Virus record (IMG/VR): IMGVR_UViG_3300028581_000047
Span: 1-59,039 of that record
From: a virus
Lineage: Duplodnaviria; Caudoviricetes
Strand: one strand, 5' to 3'
DNA length: 59,039 nucleotides
Positions 1-9,079 of the stretch are shown piece after piece. The first letter of the stretch is position 1, and each line of letters opens with the position of its first letter. The translations under genes and the position numbers were made by a program. The notes under the pieces were generated by a model that saw only the letters and a list, made by a program, of their open reading frames with translations, was not told where the DNA came from and ran no database searches.

Positions 1-396
1 TTAAGTAGGAAATACCTGTACTTCAATACTGTTAGGATGGGTAGGAGGTACAAAACACCCGTACCCGTAGTAAGAATAGCCAATATGCTGTTCTATTAGG
101 ATACGATTTTCAATTACAATAGGATGCGTGTATCCTGCTCTGTTTGAGTAGGATGTGCAGATACTATTCACCCTGCCATTAGGGAAAATTTGGACAATCC
201 CAGCACATACCCGTGGGTTGCATAAGAAAAACGGTGTGCAGTAAGGGTAGGCGTAGTCATGCAGTACCTTGTGACACTACCTCGTGCTATGACCTTGCCA
301 GTAGCCTTAGCTGTATAAAATTTAGGGTAATAGGATGCGTTTGGTTCTATTGCCGTACGTTGTGTACGATGTGTACCCTTTAACTGGGAGAAATTT

Positions 397-933
397 ATGT
401 CAGAAGCATTTAGCGGTAAAGTTGGTCAAGCTGTTCAGGATAGGATTGAGTTGGTAGTAGGATTAGCCGAGGATTTGCATATATTTGACTTTGATTGCGA
501 TGATGTAACTCGTGAAGTAATCCCGCATCAAAGTTATGACGGGTTCATCAGCCTCAACTTGGGGGGCTTTACCCTGTCGTCGTGGTTTTACAATTATGGT
601 AGTGGGCGATTCTTGACAAAGTTGCAGCGTGAGTGGAGTTACGGTATGGAGAAGATGTGCCTTACCGATTTTGCGAGGGATTATCCTGGCGAAGAGTTTG
701 ATGCGTACAGTAGGGAGTACATGGATGAAGGTACCTTCATCCAGTTCCGTTGTTACGTTGATGACGACGGTTGGGTTCAGGTTGACCTGTGCATCTGTTA
801 CAAGGATTCTCCTTACTACCGTTCGCAATACTTCGAGGTGATAGCGGATGTGACGTTGAGTGAAGAGAGGTTCATGCGTTTGAGACCTGAGGCGATTATC
901 CGCTGGATTGAGTGTTGTTACCGTAAGGCTTAG
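397..933 (+). CDS. hypothetical acidic early protein
   Basis: 178-aa ORF with GGAG RBS; D/E- and aromatic-rich. Confidence 0.7.
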   Translation: MSEAFSGKVGQAVQDRIELVVGLAEDLHIFDFDCDDVTREVIPHQSYDGFISLNLGGFTLSSWFYNYGSGRFLTKLQREWSYGMEKMCLTDFARDYPGEEFDAYSREYMDEGTFIQFRCYVDDDGWVQVDLCICYKDSPYYRSQYFEVIADVTLSEERFMRLRPEAIIRWIECCYRKA

Positions 934-943
934 GAGAATTAAA

Positions 944-1444
944 ATGGCTGTATATGAAGTAAATTTAGAAACGAACGTAGCACCGTTCAATGTGGTAAAG
1001 ATGGATGAACCTTTCATTATTGGTGACGCAACGTTCATACCTGATTACAGGTTTCATTTGGTAGTAAGTGTGGAGTTTCCAGATGATGTGACTGAGGCGG
1101 ACGTGTGGAGGTATTGTGTCGCTCATCTTGAGGAATCACTCGTACTAACGAACGAGTCTGTGTTTGAGGAGTGGCTGGACGAGTACGAGTTATTTCCATT
1201 GGGTTCACTGGTTGCAACTCGTGGGATTGCTGATTCGGGGGTTGACTTTTTAGATTATGTAGTGAGGCACAGTGTTGGTGATTGGGGTGATGGGTGTCGG
1301 GATGACCAAGAGTTGAATGAGGATGGGCTGTTGAACAACGATAGGATTATGTCTGTTTACAGGTTCACCCCCATTGGTACGATTTGGGTAATCACTGAGT
1401 GGGACAGAAGTGTCACGACAGTGTTATTACCTGAAGAATACTAG
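944..1444 (+). CDS. conserved plasmid/phage hypothetical protein (LGxxVAT...GDWGD...WVITEWDRSVTTVLLPEEY type)
   Basis: AGGAG RBS before ATG 944; C-terminal motif resembles small proteins common on mobile elements. Confidence 0.7.
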   Translation: MAVYEVNLETNVAPFNVVKMDEPFIIGDATFIPDYRFHLVVSVEFPDDVTEADVWRYCVAHLEESLVLTNESVFEEWLDEYELFPLGSLVATRGIADSGVDFLDYVVRHSVGDWGDGCRDDQELNEDGLLNNDRIMSVYRFTPIGTIWVITEWDRSVTTVLLPEEY

Positions 1445-1489
1445 GATGTAAGCGGTAAGCCCCCAAATTCCTTGTGGGGTTCTTAAAAA

Positions 1490-1880
1490 GAATTACCGTG
1501 GTGTATCAGGAATCTCGCCGTTCAATGGCAAGGCGTTTATTGAATTGGTCAAGATGTATGGTAACAAAAAGACAGGAGGCGGTGGACTGGTCAGACAAAT
1601 CGACGGTAAGCACATGAATGGTGCTTGCAGCCCAGCAACGGTAAGAATTATGTGGCGGATGTGAAACTTAGGCACTTCAAGAACAGGTTAGTTCGTGTTG
1701 TAGGGTATACACACCAGTGGTTGAAGGGGTTATTACAGGCTTCTGTTGACACGGTGGAAGACGTTCAGGGTAAAACTGCCTGAGGAGCCTGTTGGTATGC
1801 CCTAATCAGTCGGATAAGGATGTGCAGTGTATATCCTGTGATGGTCAGAAGGCGAATGTGCATGGTTTAACGCATAAGCA
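1490..1880 (+). ncRNA. candidate large structured non-coding RNA
   Basis: ~470-bp gap with no credible ORF; many nested helices (1606-1613/1621-1628, 1675-1680/1721-1726, 1735-1742/1785-1792, 1817-1825/1829-1837). Confidence 0.35.
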
Positions 1881-1916
1881 GAACAAGTATCGTAAGTTTA
1901 AATTGGAGGTAGTAGC

Positions 1917-2288
1917 ATGAACAAATTAAGATTTCATTTGGCATCGGGTAAAAACTTCATGAAGTGGCAAGTGACTGAGGGTTCTAAAGTCAGCTATTTT
2001 GACCCTGACTCAACCCAGTTTAGGATGACGGGTTGCGAGTTAAAAAACAATCGTAACGTTGCAAACAAGATTTATGGTGGGGAGAACAAAAGGGTGTGTG
2101 CTTACGTCCAGTTCCAAACAATCGAGATTCTTAAATCACCTGTTCCTGTGGGTACAAAAATCTCGTACAACCCGAGACGTAGACCCTACTGGTGTATTGA
2201 AGAATTGGGGACGAGTATGGATAACATGATTCTAATGGAGTTATTTTCGAGTGGCAGTGGTGTGTTTTTACCTGGAGAAGCGAAATGA
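1917..2288 (+). CDS. hypothetical phage protein
   Basis: GGAGG RBS, 123 aa, ATGA overlap with next gene. Confidence 0.7.
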   Translation: MNKLRFHLASGKNFMKWQVTEGSKVSYFDPDSTQFRMTGCELKNNRNVANKIYGGENKRVCAYVQFQTIEILKSPVPVGTKISYNPRRRPYWCIEELGTSMDNMILMELFSSGSGVFLPGEAK

Positions 2289-2746
2289 GTACATATAACA
2301 CAGTTGTGTTTGTAACGACCAAGAGTGTGGCAACAGACATCAGGTTGGAAATGTTGACAACTGCGGACAAGGTGGAGAGCAATCAAGCGTGTTCGGTGTG
2401 GACATGGGATTGGATTGAATCAAATCAGTTGAAACCACTTTGTAACTGGATGATGGATAACTGGGCATTGGAGGAGCATTTCCTGTTCCTGCGAACAGGG
2501 GAAAGCGATACAGATGTTGAAGTATCTGGGTTGTATGACTGTGGTTACAGGATTGGAATCATTCCGCCTGACTTTGATTACGCCGATATGTTGCTATATC
2601 TTGTGGATTCTGAGTACAACTCGTTTTTGGAGCTACGGGAAGAGGGTTTAAGCCACGAACAAATTGCAGCAGCAGGGTTGGCGGATGAAGACATCAGTCA
2701 CATCTGGAAAACCGCCAGGTTAAAGCTGGATAAGTTTTACGCTTAA
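2285..2746 (+). CDS. hypothetical acidic protein
   Basis: 153-aa ORF translationally coupled to upstream gene. Confidence 0.7.
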   Translation: MSTYNTVVFVTTKSVATDIRLEMLTTADKVESNQACSVWTWDWIESNQLKPLCNWMMDNWALEEHFLFLRTGESDTDVEVSGLYDCGYRIGIIPPDFDYADMLLYLVDSEYNSFLELREEGLSHEQIAAAGLADEDISHIWKTARLKLDKFYA

Positions 2747-2865
2747 AATTTAGGGTCTAGCTCATGGGATGTATACCTGTGAGCTACTCCCTACGTTTTG
2801 TAGGAAACATACATAAAATAATTAAATTTTTGTGTATGTACTTTGAATTAACTTGGAGAATTAAG

Positions 2866-3354
2866 ATGGCTGCAATATCGTTTCATGCTTTGGGTGCGTA
2901 TGTTGGTGGAACTTGCGTGACAAAAGAGTTTGATTTGGACGAATACTCAGATTACTACGATTTTGCGGAAGCTCGCGAAAATTGGTTGGAATCAATTGGT
3001 GAAGAAGAATGGATTGTGTGTGATTACGAAGGTGTGCCAAGCCAGTATGTTTCAGAGTACGACCTAGACCCTGCCTTCTTCGACTTCCGTGCTGTGGTGG
3101 AAGAAATGGGTAATGATGAGGAGTTAGTTGAGGCAGGGTTGGATTGTGATGTGCCTCTTGACAAGATTGCAGAGGCGTACTGCGGTAAGTACCGAAGTTT
3201 GGAGGATTACGCTTACGACTTCCTTGTTGAGGTTTACGACCTAGACAGCCTCCCCCACCTTATCACCTGTCACATTGATTGGGAAGGTGTGGCGCGAGAT
3301 TTGAGTCAGGAAGTGAGTTTTGAAAATGGTTATGTGTTTTCGGGGGGTTGGTAA
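2866..3354 (+). CDS. ardA: ArdA-family antirestriction (DNA mimic) protein
   Basis: Very acidic 162 aa with EEWIVCDYEG, AYCGKYRSLEDYA and IDWEGVARDL motifs typical of ArdA; RBS before ATG 2866. Confidence 0.85.
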   Translation: MAAISFHALGAYVGGTCVTKEFDLDEYSDYYDFAEARENWLESIGEEEWIVCDYEGVPSQYVSEYDLDPAFFDFRAVVEEMGNDEELVEAGLDCDVPLDKIAEAYCGKYRSLEDYAYDFLVEVYDLDSLPHLITCHIDWEGVARDLSQEVSFENGYVFSGGW

Positions 3355-3623
3355 TGAATGGGAATTGGGATGAGTATCGTAAATCAATGCAGCTTGTAAA
3401 GATGGTGGCATCCATGTCACCTGAAGACAAAATTAGAGCTTCTGAGGCTGTTAAAGAGGCAGATATTGCACGGTTGATGCGTGGCACGACTGTGCAAAAA
3501 GAGTTGAAACGAATTAGGGGGACACATTCAGGGAAGGTGAAAACCTTCTTGAGTGCGTTAAGCGAATGTAAGTTCGCACAATCAGGTGTGGATGTTTTAT
3601 TTAACAAAGGGGTAAAGGTATGA
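3354..3623 (+). CDS. hypothetical protein
   Basis: TAATG coupling to ardA. Confidence 0.6.
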   Translation: MNGNWDEYRKSMQLVKMVASMSPEDKIRASEAVKEADIARLMRGTTVQKELKRIRGTHSGKVKTFLSALSECKFAQSGVDVLFNKGVKV

Positions 3624-3772
3624 GTGCGTTATTGGCAGTTATGTGTTTGGTGTTAGTGTTTGTGATTTTTGAGGGGATTTATGCGTTAGAGCGTCAACGT
3701 TCCTCAAACCTGAGAAACAAGGTGTTTCAAGCAATGCGGGTAAACCGTGCGTTAAGAAGGGGGTTGTCATGA
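3620..3772 (+). CDS. small predicted membrane protein (50 aa)
   Basis: Read manually: MSALLAVMCLVLVFVIFEGIY...; ATGA overlaps on both sides. Confidence 0.55.
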   Translation: MSALLAVMCLVLVFVIFEGIYALERQRSSNLRNKVFQAMRVNRALRRGLS

Positions 3773-3915
3773 GTGCTTACGACGATTTCAAGAATGCACA
3801 GCTCGCTTATGATTACATGAGTGAACCAGAATGGGATGACGAAGAACGTGAAGAAGACGACCATTTCGATGAACCTGAGTGGGAAGAGGATTTAAACGCA
3901 GAATGTGCGTGGTAG
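3769..3915 (+). CDS. very acidic 48-aa peptide
   Basis: Read manually: MSAYDDF...EPEWDDEEREEDDHFDEPEWEEDLNAECAW; 20 of 48 residues are D/E. Confidence 0.6.
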   Translation: MSAYDDFKNAQLAYDYMSEPEWDDEEREEDDHFDEPEWEEDLNAECAW

Positions 3916-4033
3916 TTAAGAGTTGAGATTGGTGCTACTTGAGTAATCAGGTGGCACTGACCTACGCTTTTTAGTAGGATTAACCCAATTGTATACTGAC
4001 GGTATACTACAATAACTTTATCGGAGATTTAAG

Positions 4034-4846
4034 ATGTCACAAGCATTAACATTTAATGGCAAAACTTTACACCCAGTTTCACACAACAATGAAATGTGGT
4101 TCACTGCGGCTGATTTGTCAAGAGCTTTGGGTTATGAGAAAGAAACTGCTGCAACCCAAATTTACGCCAGAAACAAGGGGGAATTCCTCGAAAGTATGTC
4201 AGTTGTGCTACACCATCAAATTGAGGGAGGTAACGAGCTAAACGGAAAATGTAAAGTGGGCTGCGGCACTCAATCTGAGTATCTAGGCGAATCTCGTGGC
4301 CTCCAGAAAATGACAAGAATTTTCAGTCTTCGTGGTTGTCACCTAATCGCTATGTTTGCAAAGACAGTAATTGCCAAGCAGTTTCGAGTTTGGGTGTTAA
4401 ATTTGATTGAGGGAAAGGTTCCTGAACCTGCGTACGGGTTGAAAGAAACCTTGGCTACAATTTCCGTACACAGTTATAGCGGAATTGAAGTGCTTGAGAA
4501 GAATGACTTTTTCAAGGTATCTCAGTTATGTTTAAAACAGGGGCGGTTTGCACAAGATTTTGTGGGTCAAAAACGTTATAAGCTAATGATGTCAAAATTC
4601 CCTGCGGCAAAAGTAGCGACGCACGGAGCTGAAAGAGGTACTTGGGTTCATAGGGGCGTGTTTGTCCCATTAGCTTATTGGTTGTCACAGGATTGTGGCG
4701 ATTGGGCGAGGGACTTGGTTGAGAAAAGCAATCCTGCCCCCGTCGTAACCAGCATTACATTAGCGGATTACATGACGAAGGTAATGCCTGAAGTTTTGAG
4801 AGCGTTTGGCGTGGACAAGAATTATGCTCGTGGTTTCTTAGTGTAG
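4034..4846 (+). CDS. Bro-N family antirepressor-like protein with KilA-N-like C-terminal region
   Basis: N-terminal WFTAADLSRALGY...RIFSLRGCHLIAMFAKT..AKQFRVWVL; C-terminal GTWVH...LAYWLS. Confidence 0.75.
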   Translation: MSQALTFNGKTLHPVSHNNEMWFTAADLSRALGYEKETAATQIYARNKGEFLESMSVVLHHQIEGGNELNGKCKVGCGTQSEYLGESRGLQKMTRIFSLRGCHLIAMFAKTVIAKQFRVWVLNLIEGKVPEPAYGLKETLATISVHSYSGIEVLEKNDFFKVSQLCLKQGRFAQDFVGQKRYKLMMSKFPAAKVATHGAERGTWVHRGVFVPLAYWLSQDCGDWARDLVEKSNPAPVVTSITLADYMTKVMPEVLRAFGVDKNYARGFLV

Positions 4847-5718
4847 GATGTAGCACCAACTTGTACAGCCTAATTCTGGGCTGTACCCAACTTAAATTGG
4901 AGAGTAAAGATGAGAAAAGAACCTTTAAAAATTCACCGACATGGTGGATTCCTCGAAAGTATGTCAGTTGTGCTACACCATCAAATTGAGGGAGGTAACG
5001 AGCTAAACGGAAAATGTAAAGTGGGCTGCGGCACTCAATCTGAGTGTCTAGGCGAATCTCGTGGCCTCCAGAGAATGACAAGAATTTTCAGTCTTCGTGG
5101 TTGTCACCTAATCGCTATGTTTGCAAAGACAGTAATTGCCAAGCAGTTTCGAGTTTGGGGTGTTAAATTTGATTGAGGGAAAGGTTCCTGAACCTGCGTA
5201 CGGGTTGAAAGAAACCTTGGCTACAATTTCCGTACACAGTTATAGCGGAATTGAAGTGCTTGAGAAGAATGACTTTTTCAAGGTATCTCAGTTATGTTTA
5301 AAACAGGGGCGGTTTGCACAAGATTTTGTGGGTCAAAAACGTTATAAGCTAATGATGTCAAAATTCCCTGCGGCAAAAGTAGCGACGCACGGAGCTGAAA
5401 GAGGTACTTGGGTTCATAGGGGCGTGTTTGTCCCATTAGCTTATTGGTTGTCACAGGATTGTGGCGATTGGGCGAGGGACTTGGTTGAGAAAAGCAATCC
5501 TGCCCCCGTCGTAACCAGCATTACATTAGCGGATTACATGACGAAGGTAATGCCTGAAGTTTTGAGAGCGTTTGGCGTGGACAAGAATTATGCTCGTGGT
5601 TTCTTAGTGTAGGATGTAGCACCAACTTGTACAGCCTAATTCTGGGCTGTACCCAACTTAAATTGGAGAGTAAAGATGAGAAAAGAACCTTTAAAAATTC
5701 ACCGACATGGTGGATTCC
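4183..5718. repeat. 765/766-bp tandem duplication (4183-4947; 4948-5713) with ATTCC microhomology at the junctions
   Basis: Direct comparison: copies differ by 2 substitutions and one extra G at ~5160. Confidence 0.95.
4910..5612 (+). pseudogene. chimeric, frameshifted second copy of the Bro-N gene
   Basis: First 14 codons come from the 5676 gene, the rest from the 4034 gene; +1 frameshift in the G run at 5157-5160. Confidence 0.8.
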
Positions 5719-5912
5719 CTTATGTGATTGCTGAGGCTTATGTTCGCCTTGTTGCGGAGGAAGCAGGCTTAATTGTGGGTAAGTCAGTAAGATATGTGCA
5801 TAACGGTCTTACCCAAGCCTGGGTGTTTCAGATTGGTGAGTTATCGGAAGATGGTGTAGCGCAATTGATGTTAAGAATGTTAGCTACAGAATCTTGTCAT
5901 TTTGGTATTTAA
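5676..5912 (+). CDS. hypothetical protein
   Basis: GGAG RBS, 78 aa. Confidence 0.6.
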   Translation: MRKEPLKIHRHGGFPYVIAEAYVRLVAEEAGLIVGKSVRYVHNGLTQAWVFQIGELSEDGVAQLMLRMLATESCHFGI

Positions 5913-5926
5913 ATTGGAGAGTAGAG

Positions 5927-6241
5927 ATGAGAATGTTTAGATGGTATGCGGAGTATTTACCGAACCCTTTTAGTAAAACATCAGGAATTCACAGCAGGGT
6001 AGGTTATGTTTATGGTCCTCGTGGGCAGTGTGTTGAGGTTCGGTGGTCAAGTGAGGGGCATTTTAACACTCGGGTTAATTGGGAGTATTTGCGCTTGGAA
6101 GGCGAGATGCTGTGGGTGTTACAGGAAGTTGCTAGACTGCTGCAATCGGATTTTGGTGTGATGGGGTTTGATGCTCGAATGGAAGCCTTAGCCGAAAGGG
6201 GCTATGTTAAAAAGGGTTCTTTCTTTGTGTTGGAGGTGTGA
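5927..6241 (+). CDS. hypothetical protein
   Basis: GGAG RBS before ATG 5927. Confidence 0.6.
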   Translation: MRMFRWYAEYLPNPFSKTSGIHSRVGYVYGPRGQCVEVRWSSEGHFNTRVNWEYLRLEGEMLWVLQEVARLLQSDFGVMGFDARMEALAERGYVKKGSFFVLEV

Positions 6242-6242
6242 G

Positions 6243-6698
6243 ATGGGCTGGTTAATTGGCTGGAATTCAAGAAGTGAAGTGATTAAACACTTGAATGAGG
6301 ATGTAGGTACAGGCTGTACACTTGTTAAGTCTTGCATCAAAGGGAGTACACAGTGGCAAGTAATTGACACGCCAGAAGGTCGTTACATTGCCTGCAACTT
6401 GATTGGTGGTAGTAAGGATGGGTATGGGTACAAGGATATGTGTGAAGGTATGAACCCGTATCAGTATTCATGTCCCCTCGCTTATCTGGACATCACCCCT
6501 GTAGCAAGCGAGGAATGGCGCGTAGAAGTCAGGAAATGGCATGAGACACAGAAAGGTAAGTCAAAGTCGTGGCTGTTGACTGTGGGGGATTCTTCAAGGC
6601 AGTATAACTGGGCAAAGAAGTACAGTGAGGATGTGGTAAGGGAACATTTCAAAAAGTCCATGGGTGACACCGAATTTAAATTGGAGGCGGTAAAATGA
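6243..6698 (+). CDS. conserved mobile-element hypothetical protein (GYKDMxExMxPxxYxCP motif)
   Basis: GYGYKDMCEGMNPYQYSCPLAYLD motif typical of plasmid/phage early-region proteins. Confidence 0.7.
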   Translation: MGWLIGWNSRSEVIKHLNEDVGTGCTLVKSCIKGSTQWQVIDTPEGRYIACNLIGGSKDGYGYKDMCEGMNPYQYSCPLAYLDITPVASEEWRVEVRKWHETQKGKSKSWLLTVGDSSRQYNWAKKYSEDVVREHFKKSMGDTEFKLEAVK

Positions 6699-6955
6699 AA
6701 AAGAAGAGAGCAATGTATGCAGGTTACAACGGAAGTCCTTGGAAAGCGTATGACTTTACCCCTTGCCTGAACACAGGTGAAAGGGATTTCACACGGGATT
6801 GTGATGAAGTTTGGTGTGTTTACGTCCACTTCAATCCTGTAGACAAGTCAAGGCAAGGGGTAAAGCACCTCACTTACCTGCGAAGTGAGGGGTTGCATTT
6901 TGGTGACAAAGCGTGGGTTGAGAAGGCAGTGTATTGTGAAGTGGAGGCGTTATGA
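6695..6955 (+). CDS. hypothetical protein
   Basis: GGAGG RBS, ATGA overlap. Confidence 0.6.
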   Translation: MKKKRAMYAGYNGSPWKAYDFTPCLNTGERDFTRDCDEVWCVYVHFNPVDKSRQGVKHLTYLRSEGLHFGDKAWVEKAVYCEVEAL

Positions 6956-7143
6956 AAAGGTACGCAGTGATTTATCGAACGAACAAGTGGGTACAGACGA
7001 ACGATGCACTTGTTGTGTATGACGAGGTAAAGAAAGGGCGTGTGGCGGAGGTTGTAGATCGTCACAACAACTATTTGGTAAAGAAAGGAGCTGTCACGTT
7101 GTATGGCAGACGGACGTTTAATGCAATTGGGGTGGTGTTATGA
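6952..7143 (+). CDS. hypothetical protein
   Basis: GGAGG RBS, ATGA overlap. Confidence 0.55.
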   Translation: MKRYAVIYRTNKWVQTNDALVVYDEVKKGRVAEVVDRHNNYLVKKGAVTLYGRRTFNAIGVVL

Positions 7144-7391
7144 GTACGATACAAAGTTTGATTGATGCAGGATTTATGGCTGTGTTTGGTGGGGATCAGG
7201 CTTACCCTTTGGAAAGCTATGAAGTGGTGGTAGACAGTGAAGTAGTCCGTTACTGCGACATCTCAGACATCGTTAGGGTGTACTGTGGTGACGATGACAT
7301 CTGTGACGTGGTGTGTGAATTGGAGGATTTGGACAGTGAGATTCCTTACCCTGTGTCTGTGTTTAAAGTTACGAAGGAGTTGGTGTTATGA
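7140..7391 (+). CDS. small acidic hypothetical protein
   Basis: ATGA overlap; D/E-rich. Confidence 0.6.
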   Translation: MSTIQSLIDAGFMAVFGGDQAYPLESYEVVVDSEVVRYCDISDIVRVYCGDDDICDVVCELEDLDSEIPYPVSVFKVTKELVL

Positions 7392-7657
7392 AAGTTTTAA
7401 GTATTGAAGCGTGGGCAGAAGGGTCTTCTGATGAAGGGGAAGGGATTTCATGGACTTGGAACGCCTGGCACATGATTGGTTCAGTTGAGCCTGTCTCAAG
7501 TGAAGAAGAGGCTGTCAAGGCATTTGAGGATTTCTTTGGGATTCCTTTCAATACGACCGAGTATGAAGTGATTGATGACCAATACAATTACGCTTTGTGT
7601 GTAATTGCGGAGGATTACAGACCTATTTATGCCATTGAATACGGCTCGGAAAATTAA
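7388..7657 (+). CDS. small acidic hypothetical protein
   Basis: AGGAG RBS; stop codon lies in the first bases of the left inverted repeat. Confidence 0.6.
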   Translation: MKVLSIEAWAEGSSDEGEGISWTWNAWHMIGSVEPVSSEEEAVKAFEDFFGIPFNTTEYEVIDDQYNYALCVIAEDYRPIYAIEYGSEN

Positions 7658-8034
7658 CCGAACCGAGGGGTCTCAAATCGGGGTGGGGTTGTTGCAATTT
7701 GACCACACCCCTGTCTGATAATTACAAATTCAGAAAAACAGGAATCCAATTTGTCTCGCGGGGCTGGGATAGGCAACAGGGGGATGCGGGTTACAGAGGA
7801 AGTAAAACGAGACAAGCGTCTATCTATTATATATAATTATTATATTATATATATTATATATTAAAGAGGTGGGGAGTGTATCAATCTTGCAACAAGTTGT
7901 TTGTATTGCCCAACATAATCTCCTGCCACCCTCTCACGTCCTTACCTGTCCTCTGCAACCCGCATTCGGCTGGACCCCCCAAAAGTCCCGCGAGGCAATT
8001 TGAATCTTTAACTTTTGGCAAAAATTTATTACAA
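7651..8034 (+). repeat. IR-L: left copy of ~384-bp long inverted repeat (origin-like)
   Basis: Reverse complement of 33864-34247 with about a dozen differences; nearly pure AT core at 7821-7865. Confidence 0.95.
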
Positions 8035-8047
8035 CGAGAGTAACAAC

Positions 8048-8245
8048 ATGAAGAATTTGACAGTAACACTAACAAGGGATGAGTTTATCTGCTTGCTAGA
8101 CACAGTAGATTACGTTTTAAAGGACACCATGTACTACACAGATTATGAAGGTACCGACCCTGATAATCTTTACTTGCATGAAAACAACCTCAACGCATTC
8201 CAAGCTAAGGATATTTTAGAGTCGTTTGTCTGGGTAGAAGAGTAA
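8048..8245 (+). CDS. small acidic hypothetical protein
   Basis: GAGAG RBS, ATG 8048. Confidence 0.55.
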   Translation: MKNLTVTLTRDEFICLLDTVDYVLKDTMYYTDYEGTDPDNLYLHENNLNAFQAKDILESFVWVEE

Positions 8246-8311
8246 AGAGTGTTGCCCATTATGACAAGTGGGCAATGCCCTGTGCTTTACAGGAATAACT
8301 TGGAGAATGAA

Positions 8312-9079
8312 GTGAGTGAATTTTTTATAGCGATTAAAAAGTACCCAATTGGTTTGGTAGAAGTGAATGCGGTGAATGCTCGTGATTTGTGGACTGAACT
8401 TGAGGTTGGAACTACTTTCAGCAGATGGATTCAACGGAAGCTAGAGGAGTACAATTTCACGCAAGCTGTTGATTTTGTCGAAATTTCCAGTTTTGTCAAA
8501 GACGAGACTCGGTTTGGTGGGAAGCGTAAATCCATCGAGTACATCATCAGTCTCGACATGGCAAAAGAATTGGCGATGGTAGAGAGAACTGACAAAGGCA
8601 AGATTGCCAGACAGTATTTCATTGACTGTGAGCGAAGAGTGAAACTTGCGGATGAAATGGATGCTGTGCGTATCTTGGAGTTGAAGGCATACCTGGATAG
8701 GGTGCGTCGAGCTTTACTGTTGGACACGCCGCACACTTGGGAGAAGATTTACCCTGTTTCATTCTTTGAGGCGATAATGTCCTTGCATGGTCACACGTTC
8801 AACGGGAACAGTTCCACGCCGAGTTATTGTTCAAAGATAATTCGGGATTGGGTGTATCAGATTGTGTTGCCTGGTGAACTTTTGGCGGAGATAGACCGTA
8901 TTCAAGGTTCAGAAAAGAAGCATCAGTGGTTCACACAGCAGGGAGGTCGTCAAATCTTGGCTAAACAGGTCGAGAAGGTTGAGATGCTTGCGTTGGCAGC
9001 TGATTCACGGAAAGATTTTGAGCAGATGTGCAAAAAGGTATTTAAGAAACCGCTACAGCTTGGTTTGAGAGCGATGTAA
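8312..9079 (+). CDS. AntA/AntB antirepressor N-terminal domain fused to P63C-like domain
   Basis: VNARDLW..LEV...FSRWI...EYIISLDMAKELAMVERTDKGKIARQYFIDCE; C-terminal WEKIYP..FF...KKHQWFT; GTG start after GGAG. Confidence 0.8.
   Translation: MSEFFIAIKKYPIGLVEVNAVNARDLWTELEVGTTFSRWIQRKLEEYNFTQAVDFVEISSFVKDETRFGGKRKSIEYIISLDMAKELAMVERTDKGKIARQYFIDCERRVKLADEMDAVRILELKAYLDRVRRALLLDTPHTWEKIYPVSFFEAIMSLHGHTFNGNSSTPSYCSKIIRDWVYQIVLPGELLAEIDRIQGSEKKHQWFTQQGGRQILAKQVEKVEMLALAADSRKDFEQMCKKVFKKPLQLGLRAM

Noticed and set aside
7881-8075. Short ORFs inside the inverted repeats (7881-8075, 33783-34022)
   Set aside because: Not preserved as equivalent ORFs in both copies; no RBS or protein-like features.
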